Source of the DNA: an uncultured Bacilli bacterium
GTDB lineage: Bacteria > Bacillota_I > Bacilli_A > RF39 > UBA660
Reading direction: 5' to 3'
Assembly: GCA_947625575.1 (NCBI GenBank)
Contig: CANQOV010000001.1
Location: 1,498-65,497 of the forward strand
DNA: 64,000 bases
In this document: positions 38,343-48,091 of the stretch, one piece after another
How positions within the stretch are numbered: position 1 is the first letter of the stretch
Layout: each line of letters opens with the position of its first letter
The notes under the pieces: generated by a model
The model's input: only the letters and a program-made list of their open reading frames with translations
What the model was told of the DNA's origin: nothing
The model's database searches: none
Position numbers and translations under genes: made by a program

Positions 38343-39116
38343 ATGGAATATATAAACAGAATTATTGATGAGTGTAGCATTTCAAAAGTAAAAATAGCTA
38401 AATATTTAGGTGTATCAAGACAAATGCTATATAATTATCTAATGTTAGATAAACTAAGTAAATTACCAAAAGATAAACAAAATAAACTATTGTTTTTATT
38501 TGGCGTAGAAAACGAAGATGAATTAAAAAATATCAAAGTTGATGAACAATATACGAAAGAAATAGAAAGCAAAGTAAATGAGGGAATAAACGAAACCTTA
38601 AATAAAGAAAGTATTACTGATCTAAGAGGACTAAGTAAAAAAGAACAAGAACTCTTAACAGAAATATTTACCAATATCAAAAATATGGTAATCGAAGATA
38701 ACGAAAAAGATTCAACTGGATACATAACTTTAAATTATCTTCATCACTATATTCAAATGATGGCTAGAATTCCTGAATTAAAATATATTTTAGCTTATAT
38801 GTCTAAAAACAATTGTTTAGCACCAGCTTTAGAATTTGCTTATGATGAAGATAAACAATATACATTTGAAGGAATATTATATTCCGCAATGGTTTTATAC
38901 ACCAGTGGCAGTGCTTCTAAAAATAAAGTGTCTGAACAACATCGTAAATTTGAAGCTGATATTGAACAAAAAAAAGAAGATAAATTAAGTAGAACTGAAG
39001 AATTAACTTCATTAAGAAAAATTGCTTTAAACGAATTAGGATACACGACAATTAATGATTCTAACGCTAAAGAAGTATTCGAAAAAATAGCAGAAATAAT
39101 GGCTACTAAATTTTAA
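38343..39116 (+). CDS. Hypothetical HTH-domain protein
   Basis: N-terminal …ISKVKIAKYLGVSRQMLYNYL… looks like a helix-turn-helix. The stop lies 3 nt before the murT start. Confidence 0.4.
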   Translation: MEYINRIIDECSISKVKIAKYLGVSRQMLYNYLMLDKLSKLPKDKQNKLLFLFGVENEDELKNIKVDEQYTKEIESKVNEGINETLNKESITDLRGLSKKEQELLTEIFTNIKNMVIEDNEKDSTGYITLNYLHHYIQMMARIPELKYILAYMSKNNCLAPALEFAYDEDKQYTFEGILYSAMVLYTSGSASKNKVSEQHRKFEADIEQKKEDKLSRTEELTSLRKIALNELGYTTINDSNAKEVFEKIAEIMATKF

Positions 39117-39118
39117 CT

Positions 39119-40501
39119 ATGGAAAATATTAAATTTTATTTTGCTCTTTTATCTTCTAAAATTTGTTTAAGTTTATTTAAAATAACTGGTAATAGACAAG
39201 ATGATCGTCCGGGCTCTCTTGCCTTAAGATTATATCCTAATTTTCTTGAAAGAGTAACAAAACCAAAAACAGTAATATGTGTAACAGGTACTAATGGCAA
39301 AACTACTGTATCTAATCTAATAAGTACTTCACTAATAAAATTAGGTAATAAAGTTGCTTATAATGACTGGGGAGCAAACACCAAAATTGGTGTAGCAAGA
39401 TGTCTTTTAGATTCAGTTTCTATCTTTAATCGCCCCAAAAAAGATATATGTATTCTAGAAACAGATGAATTAACTTCTAAAGATATTTGGCCATATATAA
39501 AACCTAATTATATAATCGTTACTAATTTATCAAGAGATTCAATGCATAGAAATGCTCACCCTCAATATATCTTTAATGAAATGAATAAAGGCATTATTCC
39601 CTCATCAGCTCTAATACTAAATGCTGATGATCCAATAAGTAGTTTTTTAGGAACAAACCAAAATAAAAAAGTATATTTTGGTATTGATAAACTATCAACA
39701 GACCATAAAAAACCATATAACAGCATAAATGATATGGCAATCTGTCCAAAGTGTTATACTAAACTAAACTATGAATTTGTAAGATATAACAACATCAGTA
39801 GAGTAAAATGTCCAAATTGTGACTTTGAAAGTCTAAAACCAGATTATCTAATAACTAAAATAGATAATGAAGCTAAAAAAATATATCTTAATCATGATAA
39901 AAAAGAAATAGCAATGCCACTTATAAATGATAGTATCTTTAATATATATAACATACTATCTGTAATTACTTGTTTATCTACAATGGGTTATACTGACGAA
40001 AATATAATATATGCTCTTAAAAACACAGAAATAGTAAAATCAAGATATAGTAGCACAACTGTTAATAATATTACTGTAAGTACTATTGCGACAAAAGGAT
40101 TAAATGCTGTAGCAACATCAACTGTCTGTGATTATATTGCTAACGAAAAGGGTAATATTGAATTAATCATGGTTTTAGATGATACTTTTGATAACATCGA
40201 CGGTAGTGAAGCAATTGCTTGGATCTATGATAGTGATTTTGAATTTATTAATAAAGATAACATCAAAAAAATAATAATTGGTGGAGTTCGTAATAGAGAT
40301 TATCGTCTTCGTCTTTTATTAGCGGGTATCGATGATAAAAAAATAGTTTGTACTCAAAATGAAATGGATACTTATAAATATATAGATACTAAAAATATAG
40401 ATGCAATTTATATCATGCATGAAGTATACTTTATTAAAAAATCACAACAATTAAAAGATTTGGTAATAAATAAAATTCTAAAAGAGGGAAATGATAAATA
40501 A
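39119..40501 (+). CDS. murT: Lipid II isoglutaminyl synthase, Mur-ligase-like subunit MurT
   Basis: Mur ligase P-loop …ICVTGTNGKTT… A Cys4 ribbon CPKC…CPNC, as known for MurT. 460 aa. Followed by an overlapping GatD-like gene. Confidence 0.7.
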   Translation: MENIKFYFALLSSKICLSLFKITGNRQDDRPGSLALRLYPNFLERVTKPKTVICVTGTNGKTTVSNLISTSLIKLGNKVAYNDWGANTKIGVARCLLDSVSIFNRPKKDICILETDELTSKDIWPYIKPNYIIVTNLSRDSMHRNAHPQYIFNEMNKGIIPSSALILNADDPISSFLGTNQNKKVYFGIDKLSTDHKKPYNSINDMAICPKCYTKLNYEFVRYNNISRVKCPNCDFESLKPDYLITKIDNEAKKIYLNHDKKEIAMPLINDSIFNIYNILSVITCLSTMGYTDENIIYALKNTEIVKSRYSSTTVNNITVSTIATKGLNAVATSTVCDYIANEKGNIELIMVLDDTFDNIDGSEAIAWIYDSDFEFINKDNIKKIIIGGVRNRDYRLRLLLAGIDDKKIVCTQNEMDTYKYIDTKNIDAIYIMHEVYFIKKSQQLKDLVINKILKEGNDK

Positions 40502-41238
40502 TGAAAATTGAAATATTATACAAAGAAGTATGCAATCTATATGGTGATTTATTTCATGCTAACTATCTAAAACAACAATTAAAAAACTTTGAAGTTATCG
40601 AAACATCTCTATTAGATAAACCAGCTTTTATAAACCCAGAAAATAACGTAAAATTAGTGTATTTAGGCTCTAGTAGTGAAGAACATCAAGAACTAATAAT
40701 TAACGCTCTAATGCCTTATAAAACCGAAATAAAAGACTATATAAATAATGGTAACATCTTAATAGCAACTGGTAATGCCCTAGAAATATTTGGAAAACAA
40801 ATATCTTGTAATGAAGAAGAAGAAAGTAGGGTAATACCTTGTTTAAATATCCTATCATATGAAACAACAAGAAATCTAAGTCATCGTCATAATTCCCTAT
40901 TTTTAGGCAAATTTAATGATATGGAAATATTAGGATATAAAAGTCAATTTACTTATACTGAAATAACTAATAATAAAGACTACTCTTTTATTGAAGTAGA
41001 AAAAGGAGTAGGGTTATCACCTACTTCAAAAAATGAAGGAATCAAATACAAAAACTTCTATGGAACGTATCTATTAGGACCATTTCTCGTCTTAAATCCA
41101 TACTTCATGAAATATCTATTAAAACTATTAAATGAAAAAGATGAACTAATATATGAAGAAGCTTCACTAGATGCCTATAATTATCGTTTAAAAGAATTAC
41201 ATGATCCAAAGACAGTATTTGGCTCAAAACATGAATAA
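40501..41238 (+). CDS. gatD: Lipid II isoglutaminyl synthase glutaminase subunit GatD (CobQ-type GATase)
   Basis: 245 aa, immediately coupled to murT. Type-1 GATase-like size and position. No catalytic motif was verified. Confidence 0.6.
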   Translation: MKIEILYKEVCNLYGDLFHANYLKQQLKNFEVIETSLLDKPAFINPENNVKLVYLGSSSEEHQELIINALMPYKTEIKDYINNGNILIATGNALEIFGKQISCNEEEESRVIPCLNILSYETTRNLSHRHNSLFLGKFNDMEILGYKSQFTYTEITNNKDYSFIEVEKGVGLSPTSKNEGIKYKNFYGTYLLGPFLVLNPYFMKYLLKLLNEKDELIYEEASLDAYNYRLKELHDPKTVFGSKHE

Positions 41239-41252
41239 TAAATAAATTGTAA

Positions 41253-41300
41253 TTTAAATCGAGATTAAATAAGATGGATAATTGATAATCTCGATTTAAA
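41253..41300. repeat. Perfect 15-bp inverted repeat with 18-nt loop
   Basis: TTTAAATCGAGATTA (41253-41267), then aataagatggataattga, then TAATCTCGATTTAAA (41286-41300). Confidence 0.8.
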
Positions 41301-41483
41301 ATAGAATAAAATAAATTAATGTAATATTACTAATAATTAATGATTAATAGACTAATATTAATAAAAAACTATCACAAAAAAGAAATATCCACAACTTCCT
41401 ATAATTGATATTATGTTAACTTCTTAATAGACAATAAATCATATTTAATAAACCATTACTACTCTATTATATAAAACTATAAA

Positions 41484-41511
41484 AAATACAAGTATCTATT
41501 TACTTGTATTT
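41484..41511 (-). terminator. Rho-independent terminator of the minus-strand lipoprotein gene
   Basis: AAATACAAGTA-tctatt-TACTTGTATTT. On the minus strand it is followed by TTTTTATAG. It abuts the stop at 41515. Confidence 0.5.
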
Positions 41512-41514
41512 TTA

Positions 41515-41946
41515 TTATTGAAAATTAATAATATCTTTACTTGTAATATTAAACTTAATATTATTTTCAACTATACCTGAATAAAACAATATATCATAAG
41601 TTTGTTTCTTATCTACTATATATCTAAGTGTATAATTAATTGTATCCCCTTTTTTAATAATACTATTATTATTGACATACTGATTTACTAACTCTATTTC
41701 ATTAATATCATAAAATTTAAAATTATTATCTGCTGAAATAGTAACTGTATTATTTCGATAATTAGTTAACCTAAAGGTAAATTCTAATTCTTGATTTTCT
41801 CTTAATCTTACATCAACTAACTTAATTTTAATATCATCAATATAAGCTTCTTCATTAAATCCATAAACTGTCTTAAATGCTTTAGAACAACCTCCAAAAA
41901 GTAATAATAAACTAAATAAAACTAACAAATAACATATTTTTTTCAT
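41515..41946 (-). CDS. Putative lipoprotein (unknown function)
   Basis: Signal peptide with lipobox …LLLFGGCSKA… 143 aa. Confidence 0.4.
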   Translation of the reverse strand: MKKICYLLVLFSLLLLFGGCSKAFKTVYGFNEEAYIDDIKIKLVDVRLRENQELEFTFRLTNYRNNTVTISADNNFKFYDINEIELVNQYVNNNSIIKKGDTINYTLRYIVDKKQTYDILFYSGIVENNIKFNITSKDIINFQ

Positions 41947-41953
41947 ATCTACC

Positions 41954-43129
41954 CTACTTTAATTTACTTAAAACTGATGTACCAATACTAGGCGCCTCTA
42001 TATTAAAATTATCTGCGATAGTAGCACCAATATCAGCAAAAGTCTCCATTATAGGTAACATCTTTGGCTCTGAGAAAACTCTACTATACATTATAACAGG
42101 TACATTTTCTCTTGTATGGTCAGTTCCTTTAAAAGTTGGATCATTACCATGATCTGCAGTAATAATTAATAAATCATCATTATTAAGTTTATTTAAAATA
42201 ATTGGAATATCTACATCCAATGCTTCAATTGCATTAGCATAGCCATTAACATCTCTTCTATGACCATATAAAGTATCAAAATCATTTAAATTTGCAAAAC
42301 AAAGTCCTGTAAACTTTTTATCCATTATATCCAATATTTTATTAACAGCTTCTCTATTACTAGTAGCAACAACTTTCTTTGTAATACCTGAGCCATTAAA
42401 TATATCAAAAATCTTTCCAACAGAGATAACACTTAATCCATTTATTGATAAATTATCTAAAACAGTATATGACTGTGGTGATAGAGCAAAATCTTTTCTA
42501 TTTTCAGTTCTTTTAAATTCGCCCTTTTTCTTACCCACAAAAGGTCTTGCAATAACCCTACCAACTTTCCACTCATCTTTAGTAGTAATCTTTCTTATTT
42601 GTTCACAGTATTTATATAACACATCAACTGGTATTATTGCCTCATGAGCCGCAACTTGTAAAACAGAATCACTAGAAGTATAAATAATAAGGGCACCCGT
42701 CTTTAAATGTTCCTCCCCTAACTGTTGAATTATTTCAGTGCCACTTGCTGCAACATTACCAATAACTTTTCTTCCAATTGTTTTTTCTATTTCTTCAATA
42801 AGTTCTTTAGGAAAACCATTTTCTGTAAAAGTAAGATATGGTTTTTCTAACTTTAATCCCATCATTTCATAATGACCATTTAAAGTATCTTTTCCTTTAT
42901 TTGTAGGTCTTGCAATTGTATAATAAGCATCTGTTGTAGTATCCGTTAAACTAATAGTATCTAAAAAACCTAATCTTTTTAAATTGGGAACAAACAAATC
43001 ATAATTATCCATAATATGCTTTAATGTATTTGATCCTGTATCACCAAACATATTAGCATCTATTGCTTCCCCCACTCCCAAAGAATCACAGACAATTAAA
43101 AAAATACGATTAAATTTCATTATTCTCAC
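41954..43129 (-). CDS. deoB: Phosphopentomutase
   Basis: N-terminus …RIFLIVCDSLGVGEA… is a metal-binding alkaline-phosphatase-like core. 391 aa. Confidence 0.85.
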   Translation of the reverse strand: MRIMKFNRIFLIVCDSLGVGEAIDANMFGDTGSNTLKHIMDNYDLFVPNLKRLGFLDTISLTDTTTDAYYTIARPTNKGKDTLNGHYEMMGLKLEKPYLTFTENGFPKELIEEIEKTIGRKVIGNVAASGTEIIQQLGEEHLKTGALIIYTSSDSVLQVAAHEAIIPVDVLYKYCEQIRKITTKDEWKVGRVIARPFVGKKKGEFKRTENRKDFALSPQSYTVLDNLSINGLSVISVGKIFDIFNGSGITKKVVATSNREAVNKILDIMDKKFTGLCFANLNDFDTLYGHRRDVNGYANAIEALDVDIPIILNKLNNDDLLIITADHGNDPTFKGTDHTRENVPVIMYSRVFSEPKMLPIMETFADIGATIADNFNIEAPSIGTSVLSKLK

Positions 43130-44067
43130 TCCTCATTTCTTGGATGATATTTATTATAATCATCCCTAATTTTTTCTTTACTAACGTGTGTATATATTTT
43201 AGTAGTAGTAATATCACTATGACCAAGTAACTGCTGTATACTTCTTAAATCAGCTCCATAATTAAGCATATGTGTAGCAAACGAATGTCTTAACATATGT
43301 GGTGTAATCTTAAACTTAAAACCTTTATCTTTAGCAATAATATTTAAGCTTTTTTCAAAACCCTGCCTAGTTAACTCTTTTCCATGATTATTTAAAAACA
43401 AAACATCAGTTGTATTTCTCTTAATAAGTTTTTCTCTTTTCTCTAAATAAAGTTTTAAATAATACAAAGCATAATCATTAATAGGTACAATTCTTTCTTT
43501 ACTACCCTTTCCAAAACATCTAACAACATTATTATAAAAATCAACATCTCTAGTAGTAAGATTAATAACTTCACTAACCCTTAATCCTGTACTATACATT
43601 AATTCTAACATAGCTTTATTCCTATAGTCAAATACTGTCTTAAGATTTATATCTAATAATTTTTCAACATCCGAAACACTTAAAACATTAGGTAACTTCT
43701 TTCTTAACTTTGGTCTATCTAAAGCTTCACAAGGATTATCTTTAATAATTTTATTAATAACTAAATATTTATAAAACATCTTAATAGAAGTATTCTTTCT
43801 AGCAAGTGATGAAGTAACAACTTTATCATATTCTTCTTTTAAATAATTTGAAATATCATTAAAATCACAATTAATAAAACTTCTATTTCTTTTATGTAAA
43901 AAATCTCTAAATTGTAATAAATCATATTGATATCCTTCAATAGTTCTTTTACTTAACTTCTTTTCATACTTTAAATAAACAATATAATCATCTAATATTA
44001 ATTGATCTTCATCTTTATTACTTTCCATAATATCCTCTATAAATATTATAAACTTATTTTCAACCAA
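43126..44067 (-). CDS. xerD: Site-specific tyrosine recombinase XerD/XerC
   Basis: C-terminal catalytic box …HMLRHSFATHMLNYGADLRSIQQLLGHSDITTTKIYTHV… Adjacent to deoB, as in Bacillus. Confidence 0.8.
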   Translation of the reverse strand: MVENKFIIFIEDIMESNKDEDQLILDDYIVYLKYEKKLSKRTIEGYQYDLLQFRDFLHKRNRSFINCDFNDISNYLKEEYDKVVTSSLARKNTSIKMFYKYLVINKIIKDNPCEALDRPKLRKKLPNVLSVSDVEKLLDINLKTVFDYRNKAMLELMYSTGLRVSEVINLTTRDVDFYNNVVRCFGKGSKERIVPINDYALYYLKLYLEKREKLIKRNTTDVLFLNNHGKELTRQGFEKSLNIIAKDKGFKFKITPHMLRHSFATHMLNYGADLRSIQQLLGHSDITTTKIYTHVSKEKIRDDYNKYHPRNEE

Positions 44068-44131
44068 ATTGCAAATATTTAACTTAACAACAAACTATTA
44101 CCATGTTAAAATATTAATAAAGGTGATTGTA

Positions 44132-45349
44132 ATGGAAGAGCCACTAGCAAAACGTTTAATACCTAAATGTCTAAATGACGTAATTGGTCAAAAACATTTA
44201 ATTGGTAAAGATAAAATTCTAACTAATTTAGTTAAAAATAAAAAAATATTTTCAATGATTTTATATGGTCCTCCGGGAATTGGTAAGACATCTATAGCCA
44301 ATGCTATTGCTAATGAATTAAATATGAACTGTCGTTTTCTAAATGCTACTATCCATAACAAAAAAGATTTAGATGTTGTAGTAGAAGAAGCTAAATTATA
44401 TGGTGGTATGATATTAGTAATGGACGAAATTCATCGTTTAAATAAAGATAAACAAGATTTATTATTACCTAATTTAGAAAGTGGACTAATAACTTTAATT
44501 GGTATGACTACTTCTAACCCTTATCACTCAATAAATCCTGCAATTAGAAGTAGATGTCACATCTTTGAACTAAAACCTTTAAAAGAAGATGAAATTATTG
44601 AGGGTTTAAATAAAGCAATCAAAACCCCTTATTTAAAAAATATAAAAATTAACAAAGAAACCATAAAATATATTGCTCAAAAATCAAAATTTGATTTAAG
44701 ATATGCCTATAATATATTAGAATTAGCTTATTATTTTAAAGAAAACCATGAAGTAACCAAAAAAACAATAGATGAAATAAATCAAAATCCTATTTCTATC
44801 CATGATAAAAACGAAGATGGCTACTATGACGTTTTATCAGGATTACAAAAATCAATAAGAGGTAGTGATGTTGATGCCTCCCTTTATTATTTAGGTCGTC
44901 TTTTATTAGCAGGAGATCTAGATAGCATAAATAGAAGATTAACTGTTATCTGTTATGAAGATATCGGTTTAGCTAATCCCAACATTGGTCCCAAACTTAA
45001 AGCTGTAATAGATGGAGCCCAACTAGTAGGATTACCAGAAGCTAGAATACTTTACTCAGAAATTGTAATAGAAATGGCTTTATCTCCTAAGTCCAACAGT
45101 GCTGTATTAGCTATTGATAAAGCACTAGAAGAAATAGAAACTAAAGATGAAGGGACTATCCCTCCTTATTTAAAAAGTCCCTATAATGATTATCAATACC
45201 CTCATAATTATCCATATAATCTTACTAAACAGCCCTATCTTCCTACTAACTTTCAAAATTCTAAATATTATTTACCCAAAGAATCTTCAACCTATGAAAA
45301 ATCTTTAAAAGAAAGAAAAGAAAAAATAGATAAGTATAGACAAAACTAA
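44132..45349 (+). CDS. rarA: Replication-associated recombination protein A (MgsA/RarA AAA+ ATPase)
   Basis: Walker A …LYGPPGIGKTS…, Walker B …ILVMDEIHRL…, and the MgsA C-terminal helical domain. Start chosen at ATG 44132 (MEEPLAKRL…) with RBS AGGTGA. The ORF track extends to 44069. Confidence 0.8.
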   Translation: MEEPLAKRLIPKCLNDVIGQKHLIGKDKILTNLVKNKKIFSMILYGPPGIGKTSIANAIANELNMNCRFLNATIHNKKDLDVVVEEAKLYGGMILVMDEIHRLNKDKQDLLLPNLESGLITLIGMTTSNPYHSINPAIRSRCHIFELKPLKEDEIIEGLNKAIKTPYLKNIKINKETIKYIAQKSKFDLRYAYNILELAYYFKENHEVTKKTIDEINQNPISIHDKNEDGYYDVLSGLQKSIRGSDVDASLYYLGRLLLAGDLDSINRRLTVICYEDIGLANPNIGPKLKAVIDGAQLVGLPEARILYSEIVIEMALSPKSNSAVLAIDKALEEIETKDEGTIPPYLKSPYNDYQYPHNYPYNLTKQPYLPTNFQNSKYYLPKESSTYEKSLKERKEKIDKYRQN

Positions 45350-45353
45350 CTAT

Positions 45354-46088
45354 CTATTTTTTTTCATTTATTACATCATTTATAACTTTACTAGCTAATA
45401 ATATTCCCGCACTTGCAGGAACAAAAACAGCTGAGCCAATAACTTTTTTAGAAGTCTTAATTGGTTTTTCTTTAGAATAACAACATAATATTTTTCCTTT
45501 AATATGATTATCACTTACCCATTTTCTAATCTTTTTAGCAAGTGGATCATAACTAGTTTTTCTAATATCACATATCTCTAACATACTAGGATCTAACCTA
45601 TTACCCATACCCATACAAGTATAAAATTTAATCTTTTTCTCTAAACACTTTAAAATAACTTCTTCTTTACAAGAAACATCATCACAACAATCAATTACAT
45701 AACTAACATCATCAAATAACATATAAACATTAGAACTATCTATTTTTAAATTAATAACTTCTACCTTACAATCTTTATTAATCTTTTTAATACGTTCTAA
45801 AAATAAATCAGTTTTATATTTTCCAATATTATCTAAATTACTAATAATTTGTCTATTTAAATTAGTAATATCAACTTTATCATAATCTACAATAACAATA
45901 CTTCCAACACCACTTCTAACTAAAGATTCAACAACATATCCTCCAACACCACCAAGACCTAAAACTACAACTTTAATCTTCTTTAGCTTTAAAATATTTT
46001 TATCTCCAATAAGTATTCTTAATCTTTCAAACTGTTCCATAATGCCTCCAAATAAGTCGAATATAACAAAAATACCACCATTTGTCAA
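45354..46088 (-). CDS. tcdA: ThiF/MoeB-family E1-like enzyme, probably tRNA threonylcarbamoyladenosine dehydratase (TcdA/CsdL)
   Basis: Rossmann motif …VVVLGLGGVGGYVVESL…VDYDKVDITNLNRQ… The true start is probably the internal MEQFERL…. Confidence 0.6.
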   Translation of the reverse strand: MTNGGIFVIFDLFGGIMEQFERLRILIGDKNILKLKKIKVVVLGLGGVGGYVVESLVRSGVGSIVIVDYDKVDITNLNRQIISNLDNIGKYKTDLFLERIKKINKDCKVEVINLKIDSSNVYMLFDDVSYVIDCCDDVSCKEEVILKCLEKKIKFYTCMGMGNRLDPSMLEICDIRKTSYDPLAKKIRKWVSDNHIKGKILCCYSKEKPIKTSKKVIGSAVFVPASAGILLASKVINDVINEKK

Positions 46089-46142
46089 ATAATTATAATT
46101 CTAGCTTAAAGAAAAAAAACATAATATTATCTAGGTGGCTTT

Positions 46143-47432
46143 ATGAAAGAAAAATTCATCAAATCAACAATAATACTAATAATTGGTGGTTTAATAACTA
46201 AAATCTTAAGTATGATTATTAGAATAACTATGACAAGAATTGTAGGAACTGAAGGAATTGGTTTATATATGTTAGTAATGCCAACTTTTTCTTTAGCAAT
46301 GACCATAGCAACTCTATCGCTTCCAGTAGCAATATCCAAAATTGTTGCAGAAAACACTAAAAATAATAAAAATGTTATTTTTTCTACCACCATAATAGCC
46401 TTAATCTTTAATATTATAATTATCTTAATAATGGTTTTATCATCTAAATTAATAGCTACAACTTTTTTAAAAAATGATAATCTATACTTTCCTATAATAG
46501 CTTGTGCCCTAACCCTACCCTTTATAACTATCTCCAGTATCATAAGAGGTTATTTTTATGGTAAACAAAAAATGTTACCCCATGTAATATCAAATATATT
46601 TGAACAGATAATAAGAATACTTTGTATCTATCTAATAATACCTCCACTTCTAAAAAATGGGATAATATATGCTGTTACAGGATTAATTTTAATAAATATC
46701 ATCAGTGAAGTATCATCAATTTTAATATTAATATTTTATCTTCCTAAAAACTTTAAAATTGTAAAAAATGATTTTAAAATAGAACAAAATACCCTAAAAG
46801 AAATAAAAGATATTTCCCTACCCACTACAACAGGTCGTATCATATCTTCACTAGGCTCTTTTCTAGAGCCAATAATCTTAACTTTTGTCTTATTTAAAAT
46901 TGGTTATAACAATGCTTACATAACTAATGAATATGGTATTATAACTGGTTATGTCCTACCTATGGTAACCATGCCCTCATTTTTAACTGGAGCAATATCA
47001 AGTGCTTTATTACCTGTAATATCTAATTTTTATGCCAAAGGTAAACTAAACTACGTCAAAAACAAAATAAAGCAAGCGACTTTACTATCACTTGCTATTG
47101 GTTTTCCCATAACTATTATCATGTTTTTATTCCCCGATGTTTGTCTTACCATTATCTTTGGAGCAAACGTAGGATCAAATTACTTAAAAGTTGCTTCCTT
47201 AATTTATTTTATCTCCTACATAAATAATCCGTTAACTAGTGCTTTACAAGCTATGAATAAATCTAAAATAGTCATGTTAACTAACTTTATAGCAATCATT
47301 ATAAAAACAGTACTATTATATTTTCTAACTTACTTAGATATTGGTATGTATAGTTTTTTAATAGCTTCATTTATCTCTATTAGTTATCTTACAATTCATC
47401 AATTAATTGCCGTTAAAAAAATCAAAAACTAA
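46143..47432 (+). CDS. MOP-superfamily polysaccharide/lipid-II flippase-like protein (Wzx/SpoVB/MurJ-like)
   Basis: 429 aa with about 12 TM segments, matching the polysaccharide-biosynthesis-protein family architecture. Confidence 0.55.
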   Translation: MKEKFIKSTIILIIGGLITKILSMIIRITMTRIVGTEGIGLYMLVMPTFSLAMTIATLSLPVAISKIVAENTKNNKNVIFSTTIIALIFNIIIILIMVLSSKLIATTFLKNDNLYFPIIACALTLPFITISSIIRGYFYGKQKMLPHVISNIFEQIIRILCIYLIIPPLLKNGIIYAVTGLILINIISEVSSILILIFYLPKNFKIVKNDFKIEQNTLKEIKDISLPTTTGRIISSLGSFLEPIILTFVLFKIGYNNAYITNEYGIITGYVLPMVTMPSFLTGAISSALLPVISNFYAKGKLNYVKNKIKQATLLSLAIGFPITIIMFLFPDVCLTIIFGANVGSNYLKVASLIYFISYINNPLTSALQAMNKSKIVMLTNFIAIIIKTVLLYFLTYLDIGMYSFLIASFISISYLTIHQLIAVKKIKN

Positions 47433-48089
47433 CTATAAATTATCAATAACTTCTTTTACAATCAAACTAGATAAATCACTAGCTTCCTTTTCAAAATCAT
47501 CTATGCCATCACAGTTATCCGAAACTACTCTTATAATTAAGAAAGGAATATTAGATACTTTACAAACTTGAGCAATACTAGCACTTTCCATATCAACCGC
47601 TAAAGCATGTGTTCTTTTGTAAATATCTTCTTTTGTTTTTATATCTGTAACAAAATTATCACCACTGGCAATCTTTCCTATATGAAGATTAACATTTTTA
47701 TTTTCAACAACTTTTCTAGCAATATTTAAAAGATCTTTATTTACCATAATTAAATTATTGCCAAAAGTCGCAACATCACATATTCTTTGAGGATAAAAAT
47801 CATGATAACACAAACTATCTGCCAAGACAAAATCTAATAAATTAATTTCACCTTTTAAAGCTCCACAACACCCACTATTGATAATCAAATCTGGTTTAAA
47901 ATTATCAATAATATACTGTGTCATATAACTAGAATTAACTTTGCCAATCCCACACTTTACAACATAAATAATATGTTCTAAATAATTAGCAGTATAAATA
48001 TCTACTAAAGAAGATACCTTATTCATTGAAAAAATATTAAGATAATTATCCAGCTCTTTATCCATAGCTCCCACTATAACAATTTTCAT
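47433..48089 (-). CDS. mtnN: 5'-methylthioadenosine/S-adenosylhomocysteine nucleosidase
   Basis: N-terminus MKIVIVGAMDKEL… and the PNP/MTAN fold motif …LIINSGCCGAL… 218 aa. Confidence 0.75.
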   Translation of the reverse strand: MKIVIVGAMDKELDNYLNIFSMNKVSSLVDIYTANYLEHIIYVVKCGIGKVNSSYMTQYIIDNFKPDLIINSGCCGALKGEINLLDFVLADSLCYHDFYPQRICDVATFGNNLIMVNKDLLNIARKVVENKNVNLHIGKIASGDNFVTDIKTKEDIYKRTHALAVDMESASIAQVCKVSNIPFLIIRVVSDNCDGIDDFEKEASDLSSLIVKEVIDNL

Positions 48090-48091
48090 AC

